NCBI RefSeq assembly: GCF_009914755.1
Contig: NC_060925.1
DNA from: the human T2T-CHM13v2.0 reference genome, Homo sapiens
Length of the DNA: 64,000 nucleotides
Direction: 5' to 3' (one strand)
Of the stretch, positions 47,501 to 62,950 are shown piece by piece. The notes under the pieces are model-generated. The model ran no database searches and was not told the origin of the DNA. It was given only the letters and a program-made list of their open reading frames with translations. The first letter of the stretch is position 1. Every line of letters starts with the position of its first letter. The position numbers and the translations under genes are program-made.

Positions 47501-47682
47501 GGGTGATTTAGGATGGCCATCCTCCATAAAACCTACACCTCCCCGGGAAGGAGCAGAGGCCTCCCCAGATAGTGGCCGTTTACCATGCCCTGGGCTTCCT
47601 CAGGAGGGCTATGACGGCCTGGCCTGCTCCGACACAGACTGCTGATGAGTTTATGTACTTGGGCTGCAAGGTCTCTCCTAAA

Positions 47683-48000
47683 GTTTTTTTTGTTTTTTTT
47701 GTTTTTTTGTTTTTTTTTTGAGTGGAGTCTCGCTTTGTTGCCCAGGCTGGAGTGCAGTGGCTTGATCTCGGCTCACTGCAAGCTCTGCCTCCCGGGTTCA
47801 TGCCATTCTCCTTCCTCAGCTTCCTGAGTAGCTGGGACTACAGGCACCCGCCATCACGCCCAGCTAATTTTTTTGTATTTTTAGTACAGACGGGGTTTCA
47901 CCATGTTAGCCAGTATGGTGTCTATCTCCTGACCTCGTAATCCGCCCGCCTTGGCCTTCCAAAGTGCTGGGATTACACGCGTCGGCCACCGTGCCTGGCC
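47683..48000 (-). mobile_element. AluY-type element
   Basis: Y diagnostics; TSD tctctcctaaaSttttt. Confidence 0.93.
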
Positions 48001-48115
48001 TCTCTCCTAAACTTTTTCTCTGCGCTGAAGAGAGCTGTCCTCTGAGCCCTTCCTCTGTCATGCCCTGCTTTTTAGAATGATCTCGTCCAGAAAGCTTTCG
48101 TCGACTCTCTCCATG

Positions 48116-48646
<531 letters not shown>

Positions 48647-50861
48647 CTCCTGTGCTTCCACGATCAGGGGGTTGCTTCCCGGCACCGCTGTTCACAGACA
48701 CTGTTCCAACACCATGAGTTTACACTGGAGACTTCTTCGTAGACACGGACCCTGTTGGGCCAGCTGGCCTCTTTTAAGGGTTAAATGTGATGATTAACAG
48801 GACAAGGAGCCTGTCACATCATGAGCACTCGGTGATGGAGCCTGTTATTCTTATCACTGTTGTCTTGGGAGGGCACTCAGTGGAACGAGAAGGGAACGAG
48901 GAGTGAGCAGCATTGGCTTGAATGCTGGCCCTGTCCCCAACCCACAGAGGGGCTGAGGAAAGCCACCTACCTCTCCGAGCCTGATTCCTTCATCGCAAAC
49001 ATGGAAATATTGCTTTCTGACCCACCCTCCTCCCAGTGTGTTCATGAAGACAGAGTTACATTATGTATGCAAATGTGATTTAAAAGAGAAGTGAGAGATA
49101 CATGTTATTGTGCCTAATACTACATCATGGCTACCGTTTACTGAGGGCTCCTTATAAGACAAACGCTGTGCTAAAGCCTCCCTTCATCTGCGCAGTGTCT
49201 GCTGAGGAAAGTATTGGTGTCCCCATTTTACAGAGGAGGAAACTGAGGCTTAGAGAAGTGAAGCAAGTCATCCTCAGGTACCCAGGTGGGGATTAGCGGA
49301 GGGGGATTCAGCCCCGGATGTAGCTGACCTGTTTCTTCACTGCTGTCTCCACGATTGGTGAGTGATCAGTGCCAGACCCGACTGTCCCTCCTGTCCCTGG
49401 TGCATGAGTTGGCCCTGATGAAAGTTCAGGCATCGAGGTCCCTGGAAAAGGACCAGGGAGTGAGATGCTGAAGCTGCCATCCTCCTTCTGACCCTGATGG
49501 CAGGAATGTCTAGCTGGGCGGGAGAGGGCCCCATGCCAATGTTGCCTCCCACCTGGAGCGAGTGCTCAGCCCCGCCCTGAGTGCCCGTGGCTCTGGCTGT
49601 CCTCCATGAATGATGCCCCAGCTCCGTCTCTCCAACAGAAATTAGGCAGAGCCACAAGTGGGCCCCCAAAATCCCTCTTCCTCTGGGGAGTCACTCCAGT
49701 GCTTTACGACGGCACCTCCCGAGCCCTGCTCTCACGGCCTGGAGAGGCGATGCCAAGGCTTTCCTTCACCCTCCCCTTCTCCACGGAGGGCTGGCACTCC
49801 ACATTGGCGCTCTGGAGCCACTGGATGTGGTCAGCAGGCAGGAGCCTTGGTGGCCTTCCTTCCAATCCATGCCTTCCTCTTCCATGTGCTAGGACTTAAG
49901 GAGCCCCAAGGCAGATCCTGTCCTCCAGTGAACATGGTGCATTTCATCAGAGCCCGCTCACACCCCAGCACCCAGAAAGATAAACACTGTCCCCTAGTCC
50001 TCACCCAGTCCCTGTCCTTTTCCCTCTTCTCAGCCTCTTGCCTGATCTTGTGTCCCATTCCAATGCCTGCCAGCTCCTGGCCTAGCAAGCTTTGCCCCCA
50101 GGTCTAGCTCCAGGGCTCACAAATGGTTCTGTTGGACCCCTGGTGTCATCTTTGGACATGGTCTGTGCTGTCCCCCTCCACACTTGGCTCCTGGCAATTC
50201 TGTTGGGCAGGGGTCTTTATTGCAAGGAAGAGAGGCCAGCCCTGGAAACAAACGTAAGCAAAGTGGGAAATTAATTCAGAGGATCTGGCAGAGCTCCCCA
50301 GTCCAAAGGAAAGCTGATGAGCAAGGCTTGGAAGGCTCAGGTCTTGGGCAGCCAGGATGCCAGGAAGCAGGGACCCCATGGATGGGCTGGGTGGGGCTTA
50401 CAAGCCTCTGGCTTGTAAGTCCTTGTGTCTCCCCACTCAAAACTCCCATGCCAGGAACAGAGGGTCTGTTGGGCTAACTCGGGCCCAGTGGGGTCAGCCA
50501 GCCTCAACCATATGAGTTGAGAGTACAGGGGAGATCTCCCACAAAACCCGGGTGCTACTACCGGAATAGGGAGATGGAGGCAAAATAGCAGATGTCAACA
50601 CATCACCCCTGTTTACCAAGCCCTGACCCCCGATGTACCCAATCCTCAGCTTTGCAATGGAAAAAGAGGCCTCCCCACGTCCAGTCTTTTTAGGAGAGAC
50701 ACATCAGGCTCTTTGGTTCAACTTCTGAAAATGCACAGATACAGGTAAGGAGTCAACACCACAGAGACTCTGGCAGGATGCTAAGTTCTGAGTGGCAGAT
50801 CAAGACGAGCTGTGGTCATAGCCAGGCTAGGAATGGTGCCTCAGCTCCACGGCTCCCTCTG

Positions 50862-51011
50862 GGGACCCCTGGAGGAACTCCCCAGAGGGACAGCTAGGCG
50901 TAATTGGCACCACATGGGTGGAGGTCTTGGTGACCAGCTTGGCATGCCCGTGGTCTGCCATGTTCATTTTGTTGACATTTAATTATTTTAATTATTTCCT
51001 TTTCATGTTTG
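50862..51011 (+). repeat. Diverged dispersed duplicate (partner 52136-52416)
   Basis: Shared gggaccMctggaggaactcccca and cagcttggcatg...tgttcatttt.ttgacatt.aattat. Confidence 0.75.
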
Positions 51012-51492
51012 ATGTGGGGCAAGCCACTTGCTCAAACTCCCTGGACCTCAGAGTCCTCCTCTGTAACATGGGGAGAAAACCGTACCTGTTGTGCAAAGTG
51101 ACTGCAAAGGTTGAAGAGCGTACTAGTCGGGGTATAGGTGAAGGTGCTGGAACAGAAGTCCTGGAAGGCAGTAAACAAGCTACAAGGGTGTTTTTCTCTT
51201 CTGTGAGAGTCCAGAGGAGGTGGTCCAGGGTAGCTCTGCCCCATGAGGTTGTCCAGAGACCCAGATTCCTTCTGCTTTGTTGCTGTGCCTCACGCTGGGG
51301 TGTTGCTTCAGGGCCGAAGCTGACTCTCCATTCCCTTTGCAGCCCACAGCAGGGGAGAGGGGAGGTAGAGGCAGTTTCTTTAAATGATGTGATCTGTAAG
51401 TTTACCCAGCTCCACCAGTCGTTTTCCATTGGCCAGAACGTGGCTGCACTTAGCTACAAAGGAAGCTGGAAAAATGGAATATCTGGGTTACT

Positions 51493-51826
<334 letters not shown>

Positions 51827-52879
51827 AAAATCTGGCTAGATAGGTGGGAGCTGGATCTGGGGGGAAAGGAGGTGGAGAGAATATTCCATAACTGCACTTG
51901 AAGGGGGTGTACATGCTGGGAGGCGATTGCAGTGTTTGCCACTTGCAAGATAATACAATTAAAGAACAACTAGCCTTAATGTGCAGTAAGGGCTCAGTGG
52001 ATGGTAAAGGTTGCTTTTAGAATTCTTCCTCTTAGGAGGAACAGGCAAAGCATCTCTTGTTTCAGTGTTCCTGGAGGCCAGACTATAACATAAATGTGAG
52101 GGCATGGCCTTTGATGGCTTTTCCACCAGGGCCCTGGGACCACTGGAGGAACTCCCCAGGGTTCCTCTGGCCTTTAGGGAAAAGCCTGAAGCTCCTCAAG
52201 GGTGTGGCCAATCTCCCCCAGGTACTCAGACACCTCTGTTCCCTTTGTCTCAGCATCTGATGCCAGCTCGTTAATGGTTCCATCACCCCACAGGGGCACC
52301 TAGACATGATTGACACTCCCTGGGAGGGGGTTTTGGCTAGCAGCTTGGCATGTCAGTCCATGGCCTGCCGTGTTCATTTTTTTGACATTCAATTATATTT
52401 CTTATTTTATCATTTGGCAGACCAGCTTCCTGGCAAGATGCTGAATTATGCTTGAAGCCAATCATCCCCTGCAGACACCTTCTCATTTGGGCTTTCTCAG
52501 CCGGATGGCTCTCAGAGAACACCAATGAGGGGTTGATTGGCAGGAGAGATCCTGGGAGTCCAAGGGAATATGCAGACAGGCACTGTCTTCCATTTTCTTC
52601 ATGTTGTCTGCCCCCATTCAGAAACACACCAGGCTTCTTGACTGTGCTATTATTAAGGAATTTGGGTACATTTAATTATTCATTGATCTGTGCAGAATCT
52701 AACACACTCCCAACCTAACCACTACCATCCCTGTCTAATCTTGAGCTACTGTCAGGGAGTAGCTTGAGAGGGGCTTATTGGCACCCTCTGCTCCAAGGTT
52801 TGGAGCCACTGGACTGAGATGTGGCAGAACCGAGTTTGAATCCAGATAGTCTGGGTAACATTTGTACCCACTCTGCAGG

Positions 52880-53799
<920 letters not shown>

Positions 53800-54248
53800 T
53801 CCTAATATTGGGGAAGGTAGTGTGTATCTGTGGGCAAATCAGCCCCCAAATTAGACCTATTTCCCCACCCAGACACAGGCAACCCTGGCTTGGAGCAGCC
53901 TCCACTCCCCTAGAGATAGAGCCTGCCCCTCAACTACAAAAGTCTGTGGAGGAGCAGAGCAGATCATATGCCTTCTGTAGGCAGCTCACTCCCAAGACAA
54001 AGGAGCAAGGAAGGACTGGCTCCATTGTGCTCAGTTCTTTAGCCTATACCTGCCAGGCAAATAAACCAGTCCCACCTGGGGTGGCAGTGAATGAGGAGAT
54101 TATGGATAGAGTTGGCTCCAAGTGCCAGTTTCCAACACTGAGATACTGTGAGCCTGTGAATAGAGATTGTGAGCATGAAATTGCTGTGTGAAAGCAAAGG
54201 CGGTGTATGTTCTAGACCATGTGACTCTGGGTGCAATAAACAGAGTAA

Positions 54249-54613
<365 letters not shown>

Positions 54614-55949
54614 AAGGTTTCTAAATAATGGATGCTTTGCCTCTTTCAGAGATGACATGTCTCAAAGTCTTAGACTCTGGGGGATGTCCATCTGAGATGT
54701 ATTATTACAAAAAGAAATTATAATATATTATTTGAGATACTTTGGGCCACAGATAACAGAATACCCAACAGAGTCTTAAACAATAAATAAATCTCATTTC
54801 TTACAGAACAGAAAGTCTTAAGTTCTCAGAGTTGGTTTAGGGCTCAGCAGTGTCATCAAGGACTGACATTCATTCTGTATTTCCTCCCCTGAATCCTAGC
54901 ACACTGGAGAAGCCTTCCCTCATGGTCACAAAACGGCTGCCACAGCTCCAAGCATCACATCATAAACCCATTTCCAAAGCAGGAAGGAAGGGGTGGTGGT
55001 AAAACAACAACAACAAAAAGAGTTTCTAGTCATGTGACTCTCTGCTTCATCACAGAGGAGAATCTTTCTCAGAAATTCCTAAGCTAATTCACCCTTACAT
55101 TTTACTGACCAGAACAGGGCCCCAGGTCTATTCCTAGAAAAACCACTGGCAAGGAGGAATGGGACGCTGAGGGCCAAGTTTGGCCAGTCTTGGGGCTGAG
55201 CACATTACCTCCCAAACAAAATCAGAGCCTGGTGGCACAGAATAAGCCAAGTGGGTGTTGGGCCGGGAAGCGGTCATCAGTGCTGTGTGATGCAGAGGTG
55301 TCTGGAGAGGCTGGTGAGGTGAGGGGCAGGCAACCATTTGTCAGGAGCCAAATGCCTAGACAGCTGTGCTTTCTGAATTCTTCTCTCCCTCTGTGACTTT
55401 GCTCTTCCTCCCTCACCGTCAGGCTGCCAGGTGTCACTTCCTGCTCACACCTATGTGCCGGTTGGTACCAACATCACTTCCTGCTTTTGATTTTTTCCTT
55501 TAACTGGATGTGAATGTAGAAACTTGCAAGGGTGCAGGGGAGTGCACTGATTGGACTCTGACAGTGTGTTATTGAATTCCAAGTGCCCTATTCTGAAAGT
55601 ATTTCCGAATACAATTGTCTCCAGAGCTGGCTAGAGCCAGAATCCTATTTGGTTTGATTTTTTAAAAATTTCTGGTAGGCAGAATAAGCTTTACTGGAGT
55701 AACCCCAGCCTTGGAGGGCTAGGGTATGAAGCCAGCATGTACAGTGCTCGCCGTGTGGGTGGTAGGCATTGCTGCATGCCTGTAGACCCGGGAGATGGCA
55801 GTGGCTGGGAGGCTTGCAGTCTGATGTCACCCCATCACAGGCCACAGTGCTGGTGGGTCTATAAGCCAGGTCCCTTCCACCAGGGGCATTTCCACCACCA
55901 TCAACTCTGCCAAGGATCATGAAAAACATAATACAAGGTAACGGGCTAG

Positions 55950-56200
55950 ATCAGGATTTCTCAGCCTCAGAACTGTTGACATTTGGGGCTGGATACTCTT
56001 TGTTTTCGGAGGCTGTCTTGTGCATTGCAGGTGCATTATAGATGTTTAGCAGGATTCCTGGCCTGTACCCTACTAGACCCCACTAGCCACCACTTCCTTA
56101 CCCAGTAATAATAATGTCCCTAGACATTAATTATCAATGATAATCACTAATCATTATTGATCAATATTCATGATTATTAATCAGCCCCAGTTGAGAACTT
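55950..56200 (-). mobile_element. MER20 with an internal AT-rich palindromic replacement
   Basis: tttctcagcctcag.actgttgacatttggggctggata...gatgtttagcag.attcctggcct...cccagttgagaac. Confidence 0.75.
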
Positions 56201-57654
56201 TTGGGTTCAAGAATCATGGACTGGGAGGCCGAGGTACCTTAGAGGGCAGGACCTTCCCTGAACACCTTTCCTAAGGGAGCACCGCACCCCCATCACCTCA
56301 TCTCTCTCCAACCCCGTACCTTGCTTGCTTTTCTTCAGAACTCTTATCATCCACTGGATTTCTCTTATTTTGTTTATTTGATTGTCTGTTGGCTGATTTT
56401 CTGCTCAGGGGCCTGGACCAGATCTGCCTTCCTCGTTGTGGCATCCTCAGCCCCCAGCCATTGTTTGGCACAGTGTGAGGTTTAGCAAATGTCAGCAGAA
56501 TGAATGAATCTCAAAGTTCCACCAGAGATTCCCAAAAGGAATACTTTAATGAGTGTCCACTCCGCTCTAGACACTCTGATGGACATGACCCCCTCCCACC
56601 CCACATTAGCTCATTCAGTCTTGAAAATAAGGAAGCTAAGGCACAGAAAAGTCTAGTACCAAACTGCTAGCAAATGATAGAGGCAGGATGTGAACTCAGG
56701 CCTGCCGGATTCCAGGGTGTGGCTTGTTGGGGACACCAGGCTGCTTTCCCAAGGACATGAGGGTGGCCTAGAGGAGCGGCCTCCAGACCTCTGACTGGGG
56801 GCATCCTGCAAGAAAGCCGAGTCATGAGAAAACCAGCCTCCCAGGGTGGGGACAGGCCAGGTCCAGCCGTAGCCTGCCAGCCCAAATGGGCCAGGAAGTC
56901 AGTGCTGGGGCCTTGGCACTGCCTGGAGCACCATGGCCAGCTTGTCCTTCTGAGGGCATAGGACATCCAAGGCCCTAGACAACTTCCGTCTTTTCAGATT
57001 TGGAGATTTATGGACCAACTGCTCTTTGGTGGCCTCCAAAATGTTTCTTTTTCTTTGCAAAGGGAAACCACAATCCAAATCTTTCAACCATTTCCCCCCT
57101 CAAAGCAACATGAGAAATGTGGTCCAGAGGAATTCCTCGCCCTCCCCCAACCGACAGCACAATTGTCAGAAAACTCTGAGATGAAACAGGATTTTTGTGG
57201 TGCTTTTTCTTCCCCACCCTGTCCCCTCACAGTAATTAGCACGTCAGCTTTCTCTTGTGGTATTTATGTGTTTATATAACACAGTTCATTGTTCCCAAAT
57301 GTTAGTCAACTCCAACTATAAATCAAGCCCCAAATCTTGAATCTCATTCAAACTCACAAGTTGATGCTACACGAATAAATCATAAGAGGGTGGGAATGTT
57401 ATAAAAGTAGAAAACAATTCAGACAAACGCTGTAAATACAGCTCTTGGAACTACTTAGTGAATACGTTAAAACAATTAAATGCCTTGTGCAACATCGAAT
57501 AGTAGATCAGTATTTTAAATGAAGCCATTTGAAAGTTTCTTTGGCTAAGAATCATTAATATTTTCAGTGCTTTACAGTTCGCAAAGATTTTTTTGCACAT
57601 TGTTTCATTTACTCTCTTACAACCTTCTTTTAATGTAGGGAAGCAAGCTATTTT

Positions 57655-57827
57655 ACTAAATTCTATCAATTCTAAAGCACACGTTGTTCTCATTTTTTGT
57701 CTCTGAAACAAGAATGCATCTTCATATTAAAGGCATGGTAGTTGAATTGGCAGCTTTGTTTTCTTAGTGATACATCAAATGATAGTGCATGTTATAAATG
57801 ATGGTGTCCTAGATTTAATGAAATGCA
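57655..57827 (+). mobile_element. MER104-type TcMar-Tc2 MITE
   Basis: atcaattctaa.gcac...tctctgaaa...atgcatctt...aattggcagc...tttcttagtgatacat...tagatttaatgaaat. Confidence 0.7.
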
Positions 57828-58530
57828 TATTATGATGATCCCTGTTGCACGGGGGAAATGACAAACCCTGAGATGTTACAGACTTGGCCCAAGGTCACGC
57901 AGTGAGTAAATGGAAGAATGAAAACTTGAACCTGAGAAGGGCAAGGTCTTCAAAATCCATCTAAGTACCCCAAGGATGGTCCTGAACTGCCCTCTGCAGA
58001 TGGTGATCCCGATAACTGAAGAACTTTTGTTTTTCTGGAAAGAGGATGTAAGTTTGGAGCCAGAGCAGAACTGCTTAAGATGTTAGAAGGGACACCGAGA
58101 GCTGTCACATCTTTCCCCACCTTTCCCTTGAAATGTTCAGCACCTCCTCAGAATATTGAGGTAGCATTGCTTTGAAGGGTGTCCCAGGATTAGTCTCTTC
58201 TGGCAGGCCAGCCCTCTGTGACTACCTTGAGCAAATTTGATGACACCCTGCCTCCAGGTGGACTCAGTCCCACACCATGACACGGGGCTCACAGAGAGGA
58301 GCTCAGACTACATTTCAACCCCTTCACTCCTTAGCTGGTCTCCTTGTACAGTGCACATCTTGAGCAACTGTACTCAGCATCCCTATGCACAGGGCACCCA
58401 CGTGTCTTCAACTCGTCTTCAGTGGAGGGGTGGTGGAACAAGCATGCCTGACACAGAGAAGGAAGATGTGGACAAATTCAGCAATTATCTTTCTGTCCCG
58501 GATCACATTCATTTTTCAAGCCTGGTGGGA

Positions 58531-58828
58531 ATTTTTTGTTGTGTTTTGAAATAGAGTCTTGCTCTATCATCCAGGCTGGAATGCAGTGGTGTGATCATAG
58601 CTCACTGCAGCCTCAAACTCTTAGGCCCAAGCAATATTCCCACTTCAGCCTCCTGCATAGTTAGGACTACAGGTGCATGCCACCATGCCCAGCTAATTTT
58701 TTAAATTTTTTGTAGAGATGAGGTCTCACTATGTTGCCCAGACTGGTCTCAAATCCTGGCCTCAAGGGATCCTCCTGCCTCAGCTTCCCAACGCATTGGG
58801 ATTGGAAGTGTGAGCCACCATGCCCAGA
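58531..58828 (-). mobile_element. AluJ-type element
   Basis: Reverse diverged dimer. Confidence 0.9.
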
Positions 58829-59184
58829 CTTAAGCTTGATTTGTCTTCTGATGAAGTTTTAGCCTGTGAAAACTCTGACCAAGCGTGGCTGGCAGAAAAG
58901 AAGTAGAATCCTTGAAGAAACTCATAGCCTTAAGAAATTCAGTCTTAATTTTAATGGTCTTTCTGGGCCTGTTTCTGAAGACATGCCCTATTAGCTAACC
59001 CAACCAACCATTTGCATTAGCTTACTGGTTTGAAGTACTACTTAGTCGGGTAGAAAGAGCTTGTACTTGGAGCTTATTCAGAGTTGGGTTCAGATTTGGA
59101 TCTCTGTTTCTTTCCAGCTGCTCCCTCTGAAAAAGTGCTAAATGTCTTGAAACCTCAGTCTCTTCATCAATCCACCATTCATGG

Positions 59185-59655
59185 GTATGGTGGATTAAAG
59201 ATAACCACATATTCTTTGCTACTCTTTTCTACTTGAGATGTAGAATCTAATCTGCCTTCTCTTGAATCTGGATTAATGACTTGATTGAGTAATACAATGC
59301 AACAGAAGTGCATATGGGGACTTCTGAAGCTAGGTCACATATGAAGCCTTGCGGTTTCCACCTGAACTTCTTGGAACGCAGCTGCCATGTTGTGAGGCAA
59401 CCCAAGCTGCCCATGGAGAGGTCTCCATGGAGAGGAACCAAGGTTTGAGGCTGACAGCCCTAGCTGAGCTTCCAGCTGAAGCCAGCATCAATTTGCCAGC
59501 CATGTGAGTGAGTCATCCTGGAAGCGGATCTTCTGGTTCCCATTTGCGACCCCTCGGTTAATGCCATGTGGAGCAGAGTCAAACTGTCCTCACCCACCGC
59601 TGCCTGAATGGCAGAGTTGTGAGCAAAATAAATGACTATTGTTATTTTAAGACTA
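59185..59655 (+). mobile_element. MLT1 (MaLR) LTR
   Basis: gcagctgccatgttgtgaggcaacccaagc...gccagccatgtgagtgag...gtgagcaaaataaatgactattgttattttaag. Confidence 0.8.
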
Positions 59656-59697
59656 ATAGAAGATATAGCCTTCCACCCTAGGTCATATTCACACTCT

Positions 59698-59923
59698 TTT
59701 GTGACCATGGGAAGTTGTCAGCATCAAATTCAAGGAAACTTCCTCTAGTGGACATTTTGGAATGTATTTCCATATGTTCTAGAATGGCTTGTCATGCAGC
59801 CATGGATACATGGAATGCTGGAGATGAAAATAATACCTCATTCAGGGGTCGTGTTGAGAATTAAACAAGACAGAGGATGTAGAGCATTTGGGTTGCTGTC
59901 CAGTGCACAGTGGGCACCTAGTG
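59698..59923 (+). repeat. Direct repeat copy A (~225 bp; partner 60793-61017), includes a MIR 3' fragment
   Basis: Aligned by eye, roughly 90% identity. Confidence 0.93.
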
Positions 59924-60140
59924 ACCCATACAAGTAGGCAGCACGTGATCTGCTAAGTACTAATTGTTCTGTCCCGCTGGGATGAGCTTACTCATCCCCC
60001 AGGAACTGGGGGCCAGGGTATCACCATAACTTAGAGGGTATTAGACCTCACCTTGCCTCTGTCAATGGGTGATGCCAGCATCGTCAGCCATTGTGGAGCA
60101 CATCTGATTTCAGGTGAAAATCATTAGACCCTCTACCTTG

Positions 60141-60236
60141 ATGTCCACTAAGGGAAGTTTCCTTGGATGTGAAGCCAACAACTTCCCTTGGTCACAACTG
60201 AGTGTGAATATGACACATGGTCAAAGACTGGATCTT
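60141..60236 (-). repeat. Inverted copy of 59660-59755
   Basis: Reverse complement gtcatattcacactcagttgtgaccaagggaagttgttggcttcacatccaaggaaacttcccttagtggacat matches 59682-59755. Confidence 0.88.
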
Positions 60237-60529
60237 TTTTATTATTATTATTACTTTTTTGAGATGGACTCTCACTCTGTCCTCCAGGCTGGAGTGCAGT
60301 GGCACCATATCAGCTCCCTGAAACCTCTGCCCCCCGGGTTCAAGTGATTCTCCTGCCTCAGCCTCCCGAGTATCTCCCACGCCACCAAGCACAGCTAATT
60401 TTTGTATTTGTAGTAGAGACGGGGTTTCACCATGTTGGCCAGGCTGGTCTCAAACCCCTGAGCTCGTGATCCACCCACCTCAGCCTCCCAAAGTGCTGGG
60501 ATTGCAGGCGTGAGCCACTGCGCCTGGCC
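60235..60529 (-). mobile_element. Alu (AluS-type) with a small internal deletion
   Basis: Reverse dimer. Confidence 0.92.
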
Positions 60530-60792
60530 AAAGGCTGCATCTTCTATTGGTCCCTGCTGCCAGTCTCTGCCCCGTGCTCTGAGCACAGACAAACAGGAGA
60601 CTGGCCTTGCAGTCAAAGATGAGAATCCTTTGAAAACCCAGCAAGGGCTCCTACCTGGCCCTGTTCCAGAGCAGGCACCATGTACCCATGGGGTACACCG
60701 AGGCTTCCTTGGGCTCCTGGTGCTTGTTACTCCTGAAATGATCCCAAGCAGGGCTCCAGCCCAGCAAGGAGTAATGGAAGGCATTAGGGGCA

Positions 60793-61017
60793 TTTGTGAC
60801 CGTGGGAAGTTGTCAGCTTCAAATTCAAGGAAAGTTTCCTTAGTGGACATTTTGGAATGTATTTCTATATGTTCTAGAATGGTTTAGCATGCAGCATGGA
60901 TACGTGGAATGCTGGAGATGATTAATAATACCTCGTTCAGGGGTCATGTTGAGAATTAAACAAGACAGAGGATGTAAAGCCTTGGGTTGCTGTCCAGTGC
61001 ACAGTGGGCACCCAGTG
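60793..61017 (+). repeat. Direct repeat copy B (partner 59698-59923)
   Basis: tttgtgacc.tgggaagttgtcagc.tcaaattcaaggaaa...gtgcacagtgggcacc.agtg. Confidence 0.93.
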
Positions 61018-62194
61018 GAAGGCAATGAGTGGACTTCCACTCACAGCAGGGCCTGAGTGGGGCTCTGATCAGGGCCTGGGCTTTCAGCTTCCTCTCTCAC
61101 GCATTTACCAAGGGGCCAGGGACTGACAAGGGTGTGACCTGCTTAGATACTTCCCTGTGCAGCAACAAGACCACAAAATCAGGGTCTATGTGGGTCACTG
61201 GGAAAGGGATCACAGGATAGAGGGAAATGCTGCAGTCGTGGGTAATGGAGCTCCTATCCTTCTCTGTGAGGTCAGTGGAAGGGAAGTCAGGAAATTTGCC
61301 CCTTCTGGGTGCTGGGCGCTCCCTGAGGCATTCATCCGGTGTCGTTGGCAGTCCTCTGACCCCCCTAAGAGTGCTGAGAAGGTTAAATAAACACTAGACT
61401 TAAGCACTTGGCCCAGCTTCCAGTGCAGCGTCACCTGTGAACAATGTTCTTGATAATAACGTTAATGATAATCTTCCAACAACCCTCTGAAATCCGTCCT
61501 GTTGTGCCTATTGTGGCAGAAAACTGGAAGCCCAGAAAGTTCAGTGTTGATTATGACAGATCTGGGCAGGATATCATTGCATGTGGGGAGGAAGCAACAG
61601 AATCATTGTCTGAATGTCAGAGAAATTAGAGCCATTTTACAAATGGTGCTGGAATTCAATCAAATGAGTCTGGAAACAAACCAGTCTCCCTTTCCCAGGT
61701 GCCCACAAACCTGGGAACTTACAGAGGGCTTCCAAGCAGATGGCAGAGCCCATGCTGTGCCACCCAGGGCCACTGAATTGCCTTGCAGAGGCTGAGCAGC
61801 TCTGCCCAGCTCCATATCCACATCAGGCAGTGATAAGGCAGCAAACAGCCAGTCATTTTTGGCATCATCTTCCTGGGTTCTGGGCAGATAAAGGAGATCC
61901 CATCACTTCTCTGTCTCCAAGGTAGCAACTTCCAGCCTCGAGGCAAATGAACCCCGAGTACACACAACCTGGAGCACCTGCCCTTCTGGGAAGTGCCCTT
62001 GGTGACATTTCTCATTCCAAGCCAGGCACCTTAGCAAGGCTGACATTGTAGAAGGCCCGGAGCCTCTTGGAATGCCAGCTTCTGTTGGGGTTTGAGGAGA
62101 GGACAAGAGGAGGGTAGGATGGCTTAAGTCTTCTTCTGCTTTCCTTCACCTCTACTTTCAGAACCTACTATGTGTCAGGCACATAGTAGCAATC

Positions 62195-62950
62195 TACTAG
62201 ATATCCATTGCAATGTAATGAATCACTACACACTTGGTGGCCTCCAGCAATATACATTTATTATTTCTCAGTTTAGGTCCAGGAGTCCAGGAATGCTTAA
62301 ATGGGTCCTCTGCTCCGAGTCTCACAAGGCTGCAATCCTTGTGACATTGGCTAGGCTGTGTTCTCATCTGGAGGCTCTACTGGGGAACAACCCACTGCTA
62401 TGCTCCCTCAGGTTGTGGTCAGAATTCATTTCCTTGTGGCTATCTGAGCAGGTCCCTGGCATTTTGTTGACTGTCACCCAGAGGCCACCCTCAGATTCTA
62501 GAAGCTTCCCATGGTTCTTTGCCCTCAGGGCTTCCTCAACATGGCCGCGGACTTCATGGCACCAGCAAGGAGAATCTTGCTAGGGTATACAAGCAAGAGG
62601 GAGTCATAGATGATAGAAAGGTAAATAGATAGACAGACAGACATATTAATAGATATAGATACAGATAGATCTAGATATATTTACATGTAGAGATAGATGA
62701 TAGATATAAATAGATAATGATAAATTGATAGACACATACATATCTAGATAGATAAATATAGATAGATTATAGAATGAATAAATACATACATATATTTATC
62801 TAAATAGATAGAGATGGCTGGATGGATAGATGGATGAATGGATGGATAGATGATTGATAGACAGATAGATGGTCCTAGCCACACTCAAAGCTAGGAGATT
62901 CTACAGGGTGTAACACCAGGGGACAGAGATCAAAAGAATTCTGCCTATGG
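62195..62950 (-). mobile_element. MLT1 (MaLR) LTR interrupted by a simple repeat
   Basis: aatcactacacacttggtggc...atttattatttctcagttt...tctcacaaggctgcaatc...aattctgcct. Confidence 0.7.
62605..62870 (+). repeat. Degenerate (GATA)n/(GGAT)n simple repeat
   Basis: Direct reading. Confidence 0.9.
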
